Below are positions 1 through 10,430 of a stretch of DNA of 64,000 bases, one piece after another. The stretch covers positions 32,001-96,000 of the forward strand of contig JBBRSB010000002.1 of assembly GCA_038245785.1 (NCBI GenBank). Reading direction: 5' to 3'. Below the pieces are notes generated by a model that did not search any database, was not told the DNA's origin, and saw only the letters and a list, made by a program, of their open reading frames with translations. Positions within the stretch are counted from its first letter, which is position 1, and each line of letters opens with the position of its first letter. The stretch is from Gloeobacterales cyanobacterium. GTDB lineage: Bacteria; Cyanobacteriota; Cyanobacteriia; Gloeobacterales; PMM-0068. Both the position numbers and the translations under genes were made by a program.

Positions 1-69
1 TTCGGAGGACCTGTGGACCATTTGGTCCCAGCTCACATTGCCCAAGCTTTAGCCCATAAATTTACCTAA
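1..69 (+). CDS. coaD: 3' end of pantetheine-phosphate adenylyltransferase (partial)
   Basis: Frame 1 reads FGGPVDHLVPAHIAQALAHKFT*, the typical CoaD C-terminus; coaD followed by a DivIVA-like gene is a common cyanobacterial order. Confidence 0.75.
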   Translation, partial: FGGPVDHLVPAHIAQALAHKFT

Positions 70-90
70 GGCCGTTGCCAAGGAGGAGCA

Positions 91-720
91 GTGATCATGG
101 ATCTCAAGCAGGAACTGGACCGTCTAGAGAATTTGATTCTGGACAGTGCCCGTGTGCCAATCACGGGGAAAGTTCTGGTTTCTGAAGACCAAGTATTGGA
201 CCTGCTAGACCGCGTTCGGGTGAGCCTGCCGGATGTAGTGACCGAAGCGGCTTCGCTGGTAGCGCGAAAGCAAACCTATATGGCTCAGGCTCAGCAGGAT
301 GCAGACCGGATCATGATGCAGGCCCAGCAGGAGGCTGACCGACGGATTGCTCATGCTCAGCAAGAACGGGAGCGCTACCTCAACGAATCAGACCTGATCC
401 GCACAGCCCAGGCCCAGGCTCAATCTATCCGCGAACAGGCCGACCAAGAGTTAGACCATCTTCGGCAAGAAGCAGCTCGCCTAGAACAGCAAACCCGCCA
501 ACAGGTTGAGCAACTGCGGCAAGATGTTTTTGCTGAGATCCAGACAATCCGCGAAACAAGCATCAGCGAAGCCCAATCCGTCCAGCAAAAAGCGGTAGCC
601 GAAGCACAATCGATCCAAGCTGAGGCCGATCGCTATGTCGGAGAAATCCTAGAAAATCTAGAGAATAATCTCGTCAACATGCTCCAAATCGTACGGAATG
701 GCAAACAGAATATACAGTAA
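91..720 (+). CDS. DivIVA-like coiled-coil cell division protein (Cdv3-like)
   Basis: N-terminal LDRLENLILDSARVPITGKVLV motif followed by a long Q/E/A coiled coil. Confidence 0.7.
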   Translation: MIMDLKQELDRLENLILDSARVPITGKVLVSEDQVLDLLDRVRVSLPDVVTEAASLVARKQTYMAQAQQDADRIMMQAQQEADRRIAHAQQERERYLNESDLIRTAQAQAQSIREQADQELDHLRQEAARLEQQTRQQVEQLRQDVFAEIQTIRETSISEAQSVQQKAVAEAQSIQAEADRYVGEILENLENNLVNMLQIVRNGKQNIQ

Positions 721-1423
721 CGACGCTGAGACCCCCACAGCTCAGGACATCCAAGCACTGTTTAACCGTATTGCTCCGGTATATGACCGAGTCAATAATG
801 TCATGAGTTGGGGCCGTCATCTGGCCTGGAAAAAAATAGCCGTCGATTGGGCCAAGCCACCTGAGGGGGGCATGGTTTTAGATATTTGTTGTGGAACGGG
901 AGACTTAGCCCGCCTTTTAGCTCGTCGGGTCGGACCTCGGGGCAAGGTGGTGGGTTTAGATTTTTCAGAGCAGATGCTGACCTATGCTCGCCGTAGTACC
1001 TATGAGCCGCTACAAAGCCGCATAGACTGGATTGAGGGAGATGCCCTGGCACTACCGTTTGCGGATCAGAGCCTGGATGCAGCGACGATGAGCTTCGGAT
1101 TGCGAAATCTCACCGATATTCCCAGAGCCTTCCAAGAAATCCAGCGGGTGCTCAAGCCGAAGGCCAAAGCGGTAGTCTTGGACCTCAACCGTACAGAGGA
1201 TCCAGGCCAAGAGCAATTTCAGCAGTGGTATCTGAATACAGTGGTGCCGCAAGTGGGCCGTTGGCTAAAGCTAGAAGCGGAATACGCCTATCTCGCTCCG
1301 AGCCTGGAACGTTTTCCTAAGGGAACGGAGCAGGTGCAGATCGCGCTTGATCAAGGATTTAAACAGGCTGTTCACCGTACAGTAGAACAAGGGGCCATTG
1401 GTTTCTTAATTTTGGAAGCCTAG
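698..1423 (+). CDS. menG: Demethylmenaquinone/demethylphylloquinol methyltransferase (UbiE/MenG)
   Basis: FNRIAPVYD, VLDICCGTGD SAM motif, GDALALPF, FGLRN; adjacent to menA. Confidence 0.9.
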   Translation: MANRIYSNDAETPTAQDIQALFNRIAPVYDRVNNVMSWGRHLAWKKIAVDWAKPPEGGMVLDICCGTGDLARLLARRVGPRGKVVGLDFSEQMLTYARRSTYEPLQSRIDWIEGDALALPFADQSLDAATMSFGLRNLTDIPRAFQEIQRVLKPKAKAVVLDLNRTEDPGQEQFQQWYLNTVVPQVGRWLKLEAEYAYLAPSLERFPKGTEQVQIALDQGFKQAVHRTVEQGAIGFLILEA

Positions 1424-1432
1424 AGAAGATTT

Positions 1433-2314
1433 ATGTCTGAGCCTTTTCCCTGGAAAGTGGCGCTTAATCCAGCCATCTATACCGCTGCGGTTATTCCCGT
1501 CCTCGTAGGCACGGCCATCGCTTGGCATGAAGTCAGTCAAATCGATATCCTGCGTTTTGGGCTTTGCCTAATCGGTCTAGTCTTAATCCAGTTATGGATC
1601 AATTTCACCAACGATGTTTTTGATGCCCAGACGGGAGTAGACCGCAATAAAGCGGACTCGCTCGTAAATCTAACCGGCAACCCCTCGCTGATTTTCTGGT
1701 TAGGCACTCTTGCTTTGGGGCTAGGCTATCTCTGTTTCATGGGGATCAATAGCTTTTTTCCAAGCTATGACCTCTTGATCACAGGCACAATCGGCATTCT
1801 CCTCGGTTATAGCTACCAAGGGCCACCCTTTCGTCTGGCCTATCGGGGATGGGGCGAATTGGTTTCTTTTACGTGTTTTGGTCCAATTGCCGTTTTAGTT
1901 GCAGACTATAGCCAGCGAGGAAGCTGGTCACTGACGGCCTTTAAAGCCTCTTTGGTGGTTGGCTTTTTCACCAGTTTGATCCTGTATGTCCACCATTTTC
2001 CCCAAGTGGAAGATGACCGAGCCTTTGGCAAACAGACCCTTGTGGTTCGTTGGGGAACGCTGAGAGCCGCCCGCAGGATCATTTTCTTGGTCGCAGTCCC
2101 CTATCTACTGTGTATTTGGTTCGGTTTGCAGGGAGATTTTCCGCTGTGGACGGGATTGGTGTTTTTCACTCTGCCCTTGACAGTGCAGTTAGTCCAGCGC
2201 GTGAATGATTTTCATGACCAGCCTAGTGAAGTAGCAAAAGCCCTACCCATGGCTGTGGGCATCCATTTCTTGAGTGGGGTTTTGCTGGCCCTAGGATTTG
2301 TGCTGCCTGGCTGA
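1433..2314 (+). CDS. menA: 1,4-dihydroxy-2-naphthoate prenyltransferase
   Basis: UbiA-family NDVFD..GVD..K and D...GK.TL motifs, YQGPPFRL.Y.GWGE, multiple TM helices. Confidence 0.9.
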   Translation: MSEPFPWKVALNPAIYTAAVIPVLVGTAIAWHEVSQIDILRFGLCLIGLVLIQLWINFTNDVFDAQTGVDRNKADSLVNLTGNPSLIFWLGTLALGLGYLCFMGINSFFPSYDLLITGTIGILLGYSYQGPPFRLAYRGWGELVSFTCFGPIAVLVADYSQRGSWSLTAFKASLVVGFFTSLILYVHHFPQVEDDRAFGKQTLVVRWGTLRAARRIIFLVAVPYLLCIWFGLQGDFPLWTGLVFFTLPLTVQLVQRVNDFHDQPSEVAKALPMAVGIHFLSGVLLALGFVLPG

Positions 2315-2374
2315 TAATTTCCGTATCAAAATACTTTATAGACTGGCTAAATTGGGGAACGCTAGAGTAGTAGG

Positions 2375-3358
2375 GTGTTTTCCTCGTGTGTGATGCGTAC
2401 TTCTCCAATCCTCAAAGAAGCTCAAACCATTGCTCCTAAAGTAGCGATTCAGGCCAATAACCTGAGTAAGGAATTCCGTACCGGTTTTTGGCTCAATCAG
2501 CGGGTACATCCGCTCAAAGGCTGCAGTCTCCATGTAGAAGAAGGGCAGACTTTTGGTTTACTAGGCCCGAATGGGGCCGGTAAAACGACGCTGCTGAAAA
2601 TTCTATTGGGGATCATCCGTCCTTCCGGGGGAGAGGCCTACATTTTAGGCAAACCCTTAGGGGATCAAGACGTTAAGCAATGGATTGGCTATCTGCCTGA
2701 AAATCCTTACTTCTATGACTATCTCACCGGATTCGAGATCCTGACCTTGATGGCTCGCATCTTCGAAGTCCCCACAGAAGTGAGCCGGAAGCGTATTCCA
2801 CAACTGATTGAGACGGTAGGACTGACGGACGAAGCGGCACGTAAGCCCTTGCGAAAATATTCAAAAGGGATGCTTCAACGCATTGGCTTAGCTCAAGCCC
2901 TGATCAACGACCCAGCACTTGTATTTCTAGATGAACCGATGTCTGGATTGGACCCCACGGGTCGCTATCAAATGCGGGAGTTAATTCTTTCGCTCAAAGC
3001 TCAGGGCAAAACCGTATTTTTTAACAGTCATATCCTCTCTGATGTGGAATTGGTTTGTGACCAAGTAGGAATCCTTGTCAAAGGAGAACTCGTTTGTTGT
3101 GGGACTCTGGAACAACTCTTGGGCACTTCCAGCCAATACGTTGCTCGCGTGCAAAGCTTTAGCTCAGAACCGCTGACTCATTGGCTAGGAGACCTCAAAA
3201 GAGAGGGAGAGCAATGGACCGGAATACTGCAGAAAGACCCGGCACAGTTCATGGCCTATCTTCAGAGCCAAGAAATCCGTCTTTTATCTCTGAATTTAGA
3301 GCGAAAAAGTCTAGAAAGACTCTTTTTGGAAAAAGTACAACCGAAACCAGAAGCTTAA
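2375..3358 (+). CDS. ABC transporter ATP-binding protein
   Basis: Walker A GPNGAGKTT, YSKGMLQR signature, LDEP; the true start may be the ATG at 2393. Confidence 0.9.
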   Translation: MFSSCVMRTSPILKEAQTIAPKVAIQANNLSKEFRTGFWLNQRVHPLKGCSLHVEEGQTFGLLGPNGAGKTTLLKILLGIIRPSGGEAYILGKPLGDQDVKQWIGYLPENPYFYDYLTGFEILTLMARIFEVPTEVSRKRIPQLIETVGLTDEAARKPLRKYSKGMLQRIGLAQALINDPALVFLDEPMSGLDPTGRYQMRELILSLKAQGKTVFFNSHILSDVELVCDQVGILVKGELVCCGTLEQLLGTSSQYVARVQSFSSEPLTHWLGDLKREGEQWTGILQKDPAQFMAYLQSQEIRLLSLNLERKSLERLFLEKVQPKPEA

Positions 3359-3429
3359 ACATATTAATTTTGCGGTTTACCCCTAGCCTAGATTACCTAT
3401 TGCAGTAGAGTATTGAATGCAGTCATGGT

Positions 3430-5226
3430 GTGAGGACTGTATTGAAGCGGGTATTGGCACTACTGCTAGTGTTTTTCTGGGGCTGGATTCTTCCTGCCAT
3501 TCCTTTCGGAGTTACTCCGGCTTGGGCCGCTCCTGGAGGGATAGAACGTCCTCGCCTACTCTCTTGGACCTATGACCCCAACAGTCAGCTGCTCGTGATC
3601 ACGACCAGGGGCGTGACCATCCCGATTCTCTCCACAAAACAGGGACCGAGTCGATTAATTATGGACTTACCGGCAGCCACGATCGAGCGTTCTGAAAGTC
3701 AACGCTTTCCAAGTGGCCTTGTGGAAGAAATCCGTATCGCTCAGTTCACCCCAGAAATCACTCGTCTCGTCATTCAGTTGCGCACAGGCGAAGAACTTCG
3801 TCCAGACCAATACGAACTGGAGAATCGAGGATTTAACCGTTGGCAGGTGCAGTTGGGACAGGGAATCCCTTCCACCGCTCCGCCTCAAGCAACCCTTCCC
3901 CCTCCTGTTCCAAATCCAAATCCTGTACCTAACCCGAACCCAGTTCCAAATCCGAACCCGGTACCTAACCCCAATCCTGTTCCAAATCCAAATCCGCCCG
4001 TATCTCCGTCACTGACCCGTCAAGAGCTAAGAAACGCAGTCCGCTTTGAACGCATTGATAATACTGCCCAGGGGTTTATCATCCGCACCAGTGGACCAAC
4101 CGATGCTTCGGTACGTCGGGTAGATAGCCCTGATCGTTTAATCGTAGACTTGCCAGGAACGATCATTTCCACGGCCACCAAAGAGCGTTCCTTTCCTGCA
4201 AATCGCCTGGGGATCAAACAAATTCGGATTGGACAATTCCAAAATCGTCCTCCGATAACGCGCATTGTATTGGATATTGACCAAGAGGTCTCCGACTGGG
4301 AGACAGCCTACGATCCCACTGCTAAGGGAGTACGCTTGGTCCCTGCAGGCCAGCTAGCGATGGTACAAAAAAAAGCGGGCAATCTGCTGGCGGTGCGTTT
4401 AGTCGGGGATCGTTTGCTATTTATCGCCGATGGTCCCTTACAGGCTAGAGCTGAATTTACAGGTAAGGATTATCGAGTAAGTTTTCCAGGAGTTTCTTTG
4501 CCTACGCAGCCCATCAGCGGCCCTAAATTGACTAGTACGGGGCCTTTAGACCGTCTTAGGGTATTCCAAGACCCAGACAGTGAAGTCTCTGCTGTATTGT
4601 CTTTAGGACCAGGTATCCAGGTGATTAAAACTGAATCTAAGGACAATCAGTTTGTAATCCAGTTCAACAAGGGCCAAATCGGTCAGCCGAAGGGAGAAGG
4701 ACCTCTAGTCGTGATTGACCCAGGGCACGGAGGCACGGACCCAGGAGCTTTAGCAGGAGGCCGCAACGAAAAAACGTTGAATCTCCAAGTGGCTCAGTTT
4801 CTAGGCCAAATTCTCGCTCAAAAAGGGTATCGGGTTGTATTTACCCGCGATGATGATCGATTTATTCCGCTACAGGGCAGAGTAGATATAGCGGAACAGG
4901 TAAATGCGAGTATTTTCGTGAGTATCCATCACAATGCCAGTGAGAATACAGAAACCGACGGCCTACAGACCTACTATATTAGGGACAACAGCCGCGTATT
5001 GGCCAGAATCGTTCATCGCAACCTCATTAGCAGGGTTGGTCAGCCGGACCGTGGTCTGCGGACTGCCCGCTTCTATGTAATCCGGAAAACAACAATGCCT
5101 GCTATTCTTGTGGAAATGGGCTATATGACCAACTCGGCCGAACTAGCTATCGTCTCCCAGGCTCCTCACCAACGTCTCGCTGCAGAATCCATTGCCCGTG
5201 CTTTGGATGAATACTTCCGAAAGTAA
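3430..5226 (+). CDS. amiC: N-acetylmuramoyl-L-alanine amidase with AMIN domains
   Basis: Signal peptide, AMIN repeats (RLIVDLP...IRIGQF), Amidase_3 motifs IDPGHGG.D.GA, FVSIH.NA, PAILVEMGY. Confidence 0.9.
   Translation: MRTVLKRVLALLLVFFWGWILPAIPFGVTPAWAAPGGIERPRLLSWTYDPNSQLLVITTRGVTIPILSTKQGPSRLIMDLPAATIERSESQRFPSGLVEEIRIAQFTPEITRLVIQLRTGEELRPDQYELENRGFNRWQVQLGQGIPSTAPPQATLPPPVPNPNPVPNPNPVPNPNPVPNPNPVPNPNPPVSPSLTRQELRNAVRFERIDNTAQGFIIRTSGPTDASVRRVDSPDRLIVDLPGTIISTATKERSFPANRLGIKQIRIGQFQNRPPITRIVLDIDQEVSDWETAYDPTAKGVRLVPAGQLAMVQKKAGNLLAVRLVGDRLLFIADGPLQARAEFTGKDYRVSFPGVSLPTQPISGPKLTSTGPLDRLRVFQDPDSEVSAVLSLGPGIQVIKTESKDNQFVIQFNKGQIGQPKGEGPLVVIDPGHGGTDPGALAGGRNEKTLNLQVAQFLGQILAQKGYRVVFTRDDDRFIPLQGRVDIAEQVNASIFVSIHHNASENTETDGLQTYYIRDNSRVLARIVHRNLISRVGQPDRGLRTARFYVIRKTTMPAILVEMGYMTNSAELAIVSQAPHQRLAAESIARALDEYFRK
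3904..3993 (+). repeat. Coding tandem repeat, 5 x 18 bp encoding (PVPNPN)5 linker
   Basis: Five units with synonymous variation, e.g. cctgttccaaatccaaat / cctgtacctaacccgaac. Confidence 0.95.
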
Positions 5227-5243
5227 GAAAGGATCTTGAGCCT

Positions 5244-6077
5244 GTGTACGAATCTATTGGTATTTTTGATAGCGGTGTAGGGGGGCTAACCTTTCTAAAC
5301 CAGCTCCAAAAGTTGCTCCCGAAAGAGAATAAAACCTACTTTGGTGATACTGCCCGAGTGCCCTACGGCAATCGCTCTCCTGAAGAAATCCAGCAGTTTA
5401 TGCGCCAGACCATGACTTGGATGGAAAGCCAAGGGGTTAAGCTGGTAGTAGCTGCTTGCAATACGAGCTGTGCCCTGGCCTTAGAAGTGGTCCGTCAGGA
5501 ATTTCAAACGCCGATTGTAGGCTTGATTCTTCCTGGAGCTAGAGCAGCCGTCCAGCGAGGCCGCAGAATTGGCATTATTGCGACCCAAGCAACGGTGCGT
5601 AGCCGAGCCTACACCAGCGCCATGAAGGAATTGGACCCTACCGTAGAAGTTTTTGAAGTAGCCTGCCCAGAATTTGTTCCTCTTGTAGAATCCGGACAGG
5701 TCCACAGCCGCCAAGCAAGAAAAATAGCAATGAGCTATCTGGAGCCTCTGCTCAATGAAGGCATTGATACTTTAGTCTACGGCTGTACCCATTACCCCCA
5801 TCTTGAACCCTTATTCAAGAGTTTTCTACCGGACTACATCACTCTTGTAGATCCCTCTGTAGAGACAGCCTTAGCCGTAAATCGAGAACTTAAACTCTTA
5901 GGACTCTTGAGCACCAGCAGCAAGCCAGGAAAAACAAGCTTCTTTGTTTCTGGAGAACCCTCTTCTTTTTCTCATTTAGCTAAACGCTGGTCAAGCAGCA
6001 CTACTTCCATAGAAACCGTACATATTGACGCCCTTGCTGTTACTTCTAGCTTAGAAGAGTCTTCCTCAACCAGCTGA
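5244..6077 (+). CDS. murI: Glutamate racemase
   Basis: IGIFDSGVGG, ACNT and GCTHYP catalytic motifs. Confidence 0.95.
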   Translation: MYESIGIFDSGVGGLTFLNQLQKLLPKENKTYFGDTARVPYGNRSPEEIQQFMRQTMTWMESQGVKLVVAACNTSCALALEVVRQEFQTPIVGLILPGARAAVQRGRRIGIIATQATVRSRAYTSAMKELDPTVEVFEVACPEFVPLVESGQVHSRQARKIAMSYLEPLLNEGIDTLVYGCTHYPHLEPLFKSFLPDYITLVDPSVETALAVNRELKLLGLLSTSSKPGKTSFFVSGEPSSFSHLAKRWSSSTTSIETVHIDALAVTSSLEESSSTS

Positions 6078-6090
6078 ATTCTTCCATGAA

Positions 6091-7140
6091 CTACAGCAGG
6101 TGACTCAGAGCCTCAAGAAGAATCTGATTTTGCTCATCGGTGCCTACGGTAATCCGAAGTTTATCCTCTAGGCCCGTTTGCTTAAAATAGCGCACCAGAA
6201 TCCCTTGGTCTTTGAGGGCTATATAAATTTGTTCGGCCTTAGCGCTGGGCGGTTGGGTCAACAGAAAATTTGCTTGGGAATCCCATAGTCGAAAGCCCAG
6301 TCGATTGAGATCCAAGGCAAGTTTGGTTCGTGAAGCCTTTACTTTTGCCGCACACATATTCTTATAAGCTTGATCGCTCATGGCTGCTGCACCGACAGCA
6401 GCGGCGATGGCATCAACGTTATAGCTATCCTTAACCTTAAATAGCCCTGCTAACAGCTTGGGATGTGCAATCCCAAAACCTAAGCGCAAACCAGCCAGAG
6501 CATACCCTTTGGATAAGGTTCGGAGGATCAAGACATTCTCAAATTCTTGAACCAAAGGCAAAGCCGTTTCTTCCGCAAAATCGACATAGGCTTCATCGAT
6601 CACCAAAACCCCGGATAAGCGCTGTGCGAGTTGTCGAAGTTCATCTAGGGCAACAACATGTCCGGAAGGACTATTGGGAGAGGCAATAAAGGTGACTGCG
6701 CCATCAGTAGCTACGAGTTCTTCCAAGGGCAAACCGTAGTCTTCTGCATAGGAAATTTCAACCCGTGCCGTGGGCTGCATCTCTGTCAGCGTTCGATATA
6801 AGACATAGGTTGGCATTGGATAGACGACTTTGCGTTCTGAGTCGGTGCAGGCCCGCACGAGTACACTCAGCAACTCATCGCTGCCATTGCCGACCATAAT
6901 CCAATCTGCGGGAATGGCGAGCACTTCGCTGACGGCCTTTCGGAACTCATGGGCAAAGGGATCAGGATAGCGCCGCAGATACTCGCCATCTAAATTCTGA
7001 AGAACTCCCAATGCCTTTGGGGAAGGAGGATAGGGATTTTCGTTTGAGTTTAGTTTGACAATCTTTGTACCAGGCTTGGGCTGCTCACCGGGGACATAGC
7101 CTGTCATGGCGTCAACGCTAGCGCGGAAGTAGCTGCTCAT
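6091..7140 (-). CDS. hisC: Histidinol-phosphate aminotransferase
   Basis: KLNSNENPYPPS, GNGSDE, PNSPSG, IDEAY, RTLSK.YALAGLR.G. Confidence 0.93.
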   Translation of the reverse strand: MSSYFRASVDAMTGYVPGEQPKPGTKIVKLNSNENPYPPSPKALGVLQNLDGEYLRRYPDPFAHEFRKAVSEVLAIPADWIMVGNGSDELLSVLVRACTDSERKVVYPMPTYVLYRTLTEMQPTARVEISYAEDYGLPLEELVATDGAVTFIASPNSPSGHVVALDELRQLAQRLSGVLVIDEAYVDFAEETALPLVQEFENVLILRTLSKGYALAGLRLGFGIAHPKLLAGLFKVKDSYNVDAIAAAVGAAAMSDQAYKNMCAAKVKASRTKLALDLNRLGFRLWDSQANFLLTQPPSAKAEQIYIALKDQGILVRYFKQTGLEDKLRITVGTDEQNQILLEALSHLL

Positions 7141-7157
7141 AAAATATTTTAAAGATC

Positions 7158-7240
7158 TGGGCGAGGTCAGACTCGAACTGACATGGTATCTCTACCGCCA
7201 CATTTTGAGTGTGGTGCGTCTACCATTTCGCCACTCGCCC
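7158..7240 (-). tRNA. trnL: tRNA-Leu(CAA)
   Basis: Reverse strand GGGCGAGTGGCGAAATGGTAGACGCACCACACTCAAAATGTGG...GTCAGTTCGAGTCTGACCTCGCCCA; CAA anticodon and long variable arm. Confidence 0.95.
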
Positions 7241-7451
7241 AAGAGCCTCACGATTATACCCCAGAGCCTACCGATTCTTGAACATAGAGAAGCATTCAAT
7301 TCACGGTACGCAGCGCTCTTGCGTTTGAGAGAAGCAGTGTTATTACATCTCTCAATGGGTCTAATAGTTTCTTGAAGGCGGCTCCATAATCACGGGTTCA
7401 TTTCCAGATAGATAATGTCCCAATATAGTATGACATCCAGATTATTGAAGC

Positions 7452-7727
7452 ATGTCCCAGCTGGCAAAAGATACAGGTTTTAGCCGTGAGAGCCTGTATC
7501 GCGTACTGAGTGCAGAAGGGAACCCCAGCTTTGCCACTGTGCTCAAGGTTGCAAAGGCGCTTGGCATTCGACTTCAAGCGCAGGCAGCTGTAAGTGGTGA
7601 GACAAAGTCACTGTCCGCTCAACCGTTTGTTTTTGCAGCTACAAAATTTTGGCTCAACTATCTTTCGCTAGGCAGATTTCAATGGGTAAAGAAAATCTGC
7701 ACAATTGTCTCTATTAAGGAATTTTAA
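7452..7727 (+). pseudogene. 5'-truncated addiction-module antidote (XRE/HigA-type HTH) fragment
   Basis: MSQLAKDTGFSRESLYRVLSAEGNPSFATVLKVAKALG matches the C-terminal half of these antitoxins; the N-terminal half and toxin partner are absent. Confidence 0.65.
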
Positions 7728-7796
7728 GTTTCAGAGTTCTAATGAAGACACTCCATTTTTCTTTGAGATCAAGCAGGGATTTTTGCGAAGCCTGGA

Positions 7797-9023
7797 GTGC
7801 AAATCGCTATGCAGATTAAGAATTTGCAGGTTGCTGCTGCACCTTTTGTTTCAGAACCAGAGGATTTTTCTAAACCCTTAGTCCAAACGTCCCCTATGTC
7901 GCAGTGTGAAGTCTGTGTGATTGTTCCTGTCCGCAATGAAGCGACGACGCTAAGATCAACACTCAGTGCATTGGCGAGCCAAATTGATTTAAATGGTCAA
8001 CGACTAAATCGCGATCGCTACGAGATTATTTTTTTAGTGAATAACTGTAGTGATGCTTCAGCAGCAATTGCGCGTCAATTTGCACAACAACATCCAGATT
8101 TGAAGCTGCACGTCGTCGAAAAAACTTTACCGCTCCAGGAAGCTCATATCGGTCGAGTTCGGCAAATGCTGATGGATGAGGCCTATCATCGTCTCAAGCC
8201 ATTAAGACGCAAGCATAGTGTCATTGCTTCAACCGATGGAGATTCGCAGGTTAGTCCAACCTGGATTGCTGCAACCCTTCAGGAAATTGCTCTTGGTGCC
8301 GATGCAGTGGGTGGAAGGATTCTGCTTGATCGGGCAGGACTATCTCGTTTAGCGCCCTATGCCAGAGCATGTCATTTGCGGGAAGTGGGTTATCGATTGC
8401 TCATTGCTGAGGTAGAGAACTATCTTGATCCTGATGCCTATGATCGCTCTCCCCGGCATTTTCAGCATTATGGAGCAAGCTTTGCCGTGACTGTCGAGAT
8501 GTATGCGCGCGCAGGCGGATTGCCCTTAGTGCGAACGGCTGAAGATGTGGCACTCTACCGTGCTTTATTACGGGTAAATGCACGATTTCGTCATAGTCCC
8601 AACGTCCGGGTGACAACCTCCGCGCGGCAAATTGGCCGTACAGAACTTGGGCTGGCAAATCAGTTGAGTGTTTGGACCGAGATGGGGCAGCAGCAGCAGC
8701 CGTTTTTAGTCGAATCTGGCGCTACGCTCGCGGTTCGGATGCGCTCGCGGCATCAACTCCGAACGCTGTGGCGGCGAATTCTATGTGGCTATCAACCGAC
8801 CTTGATCGACATTCAGTTAATTGCTCACGAATTGGGAATTACGCCGAATTGGCTACAGCAAAAACTTGCGAAACCGGAGTCGCTTGGATTGTTGTTAGAA
8901 CAAGTAGAACAACGACAGGAAAACACTCGGACACAGCCTTGTTCTCTGATCCCAATTGAGCAGGCCATTCAGGAGTTACGAATTTATCTACAGGAGATTA
9001 AAAGATACAGCAGAGCCTCTTGA
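7797..9023 (+). CDS. Glycosyltransferase family 2 protein
   Basis: VIVPVRNE, VNNCSD, STDGDS (DxD), GASFAV, ED..L, TSAR motifs. Confidence 0.85.
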   Translation: MQIAMQIKNLQVAAAPFVSEPEDFSKPLVQTSPMSQCEVCVIVPVRNEATTLRSTLSALASQIDLNGQRLNRDRYEIIFLVNNCSDASAAIARQFAQQHPDLKLHVVEKTLPLQEAHIGRVRQMLMDEAYHRLKPLRRKHSVIASTDGDSQVSPTWIAATLQEIALGADAVGGRILLDRAGLSRLAPYARACHLREVGYRLLIAEVENYLDPDAYDRSPRHFQHYGASFAVTVEMYARAGGLPLVRTAEDVALYRALLRVNARFRHSPNVRVTTSARQIGRTELGLANQLSVWTEMGQQQQPFLVESGATLAVRMRSRHQLRTLWRRILCGYQPTLIDIQLIAHELGITPNWLQQKLAKPESLGLLLEQVEQRQENTRTQPCSLIPIEQAIQELRIYLQEIKRYSRAS

Positions 9024-9072
9024 ACTCTCCTTCTGCGACCGGAACGAAGACATACAGATAGAGAAAACAAGG

Positions 9073-9666
9073 CTATGGACAACGTTCAAATAAATCAAGG
9101 CGATACTCTGCTTCACGTCGTCCTAGTAGATGCTTGAGATGAACGGGGGACAGATCAAAAAATGCATTATGGACCTCATCGCCGCTCAATGGATAATCCT
9201 TCGCATACAGCGTCCAGTGCACTAGAAGCAAGTGTCCACCGGGTTCTAAAGATTCTAAAATATGCTGCTGGGTTTTTCTTAAATCTTCCCGATTCCAGTA
9301 ATATCCCACTTCAGACACGATAATTAAATCAAATTTCTGCTTAGGAAACTCCTTTGGAACCTGCATGATTTGAAACTTAATATGAGATAAGTGCTGGCAT
9401 CGCTGACTCGCTCGAGCTTGAGCCAGTCTAGATACATCTATCGACAGCAATACCTCAGTCCGATCCGCTAACTTCTCGGTCAACACGCCAATCGAGCCGC
9501 CAATCTCAAACGCTGAGCGATAGCGGGATTTAGGCAAAGCAGCAATCGTGGCTGCGTATTTATGCGCCTCATATTCACTAGTTTCAAACTTCCACGGATC
9601 AGGATCATCCTGATAAAGCGCGTCAAAATAGTTTGGTGGCAGCGAATTAGACTGTAAAGGATTCAT
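9073..9666 (-). CDS. NodS-like SAM-dependent methyltransferase
   Basis: YFDALY..DPDPW.FETS.YE..KY, EIGGSIG, SEVGYY. Confidence 0.85.
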   Translation of the reverse strand: MNPLQSNSLPPNYFDALYQDDPDPWKFETSEYEAHKYAATIAALPKSRYRSAFEIGGSIGVLTEKLADRTEVLLSIDVSRLAQARASQRCQHLSHIKFQIMQVPKEFPKQKFDLIIVSEVGYYWNREDLRKTQQHILESLEPGGHLLLVHWTLYAKDYPLSGDEVHNAFFDLSPVHLKHLLGRREAEYRLDLFERCP

Positions 9667-10430
9667 TGGATTTCCTCAAAGTAGGGCTCCCAGGAATGTG
9701 CAAAACTTGCCAGCATCTCAGGCGTTAGTCGAAATCCTTCCGGATCGTCATCAATCAAGTTTGTGGTTTGAGAAAGATATTGTGTGATCGCCTGTTGTTT
9801 CAATGAGGCAACTGCTGTAATATCCAATCGCCAGCCTGTAATTTTTGCAGCAGTTTCCGCAGTTCCACGCTGCACTGGATCCCAATCCCAAACTGGGTAT
9901 TCAATCATTCGAGGGGCAATGAGTAGACTAGAGATCACTTTGTTGATCAATTGCCAAGTCGCTCGGTGATCTGGATGAGGGTCATAGCGCCAGGGCAGAA
10001 AAATTGTTTTTGGTAAGGCTGCTCTGAAATGAGCACTACAAGCGGTATAAATCTCTGAAGCCATGAAGTCTGAGATTTTGCCATCTGGAAGCTGTAAAAA
10101 CGTTATTGCTGTTTCCTCAACTCCGAGGATTTGCAAAGCAGCAATTGTTTCCTGTTCACGTACCTGCTGCAGAGCAGGGGCAGGATATTTTTGAGATCGC
10201 GGATGAGACTGTGTACCATCGCTAATCACCAAAATATGCACTGGATAGTTTAATGATCTTAGCAAAGCAATGGCACCTCCACATCCCAGCGTTTCATCAT
10301 CAGGGTGAGGTGCAACGATCCAAACACAGCCAGCACTGATGGTAGAAATCGGTCGTAGTGGTAAAAAAGTTGCATGCTCAAGTGGCAACGCAAATGTAGA
10401 TGAACTATTCATATCGCCATAGCTGCTCAA
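9663..10430 (-). CDS. PIG-L family deacetylase
   Basis: APHPDDETLGCGG and DPHPDH metal-binding motifs. Confidence 0.9.
   Translation of the reverse strand: MSSYGDMNSSSTFALPLEHATFLPLRPISTISAGCVWIVAPHPDDETLGCGGAIALLRSLNYPVHILVISDGTQSHPRSQKYPAPALQQVREQETIAALQILGVEETAITFLQLPDGKISDFMASEIYTACSAHFRAALPKTIFLPWRYDPHPDHRATWQLINKVISSLLIAPRMIEYPVWDWDPVQRGTAETAAKITGWRLDITAVASLKQQAITQYLSQTTNLIDDDPEGFRLTPEMLASFAHSWEPYFEEIQ

Noticed and set aside
3904..3993. Possible CRISPR-like array
   Set aside because: It is an in-frame coding repeat with no spacers, and no cas genes are in the window.
7158..7800. Prophage or integrative element at tRNA-Leu
   Set aside because: No integrase or att duplication was found, and the accessory genes lie on the 5' side of the tRNA.
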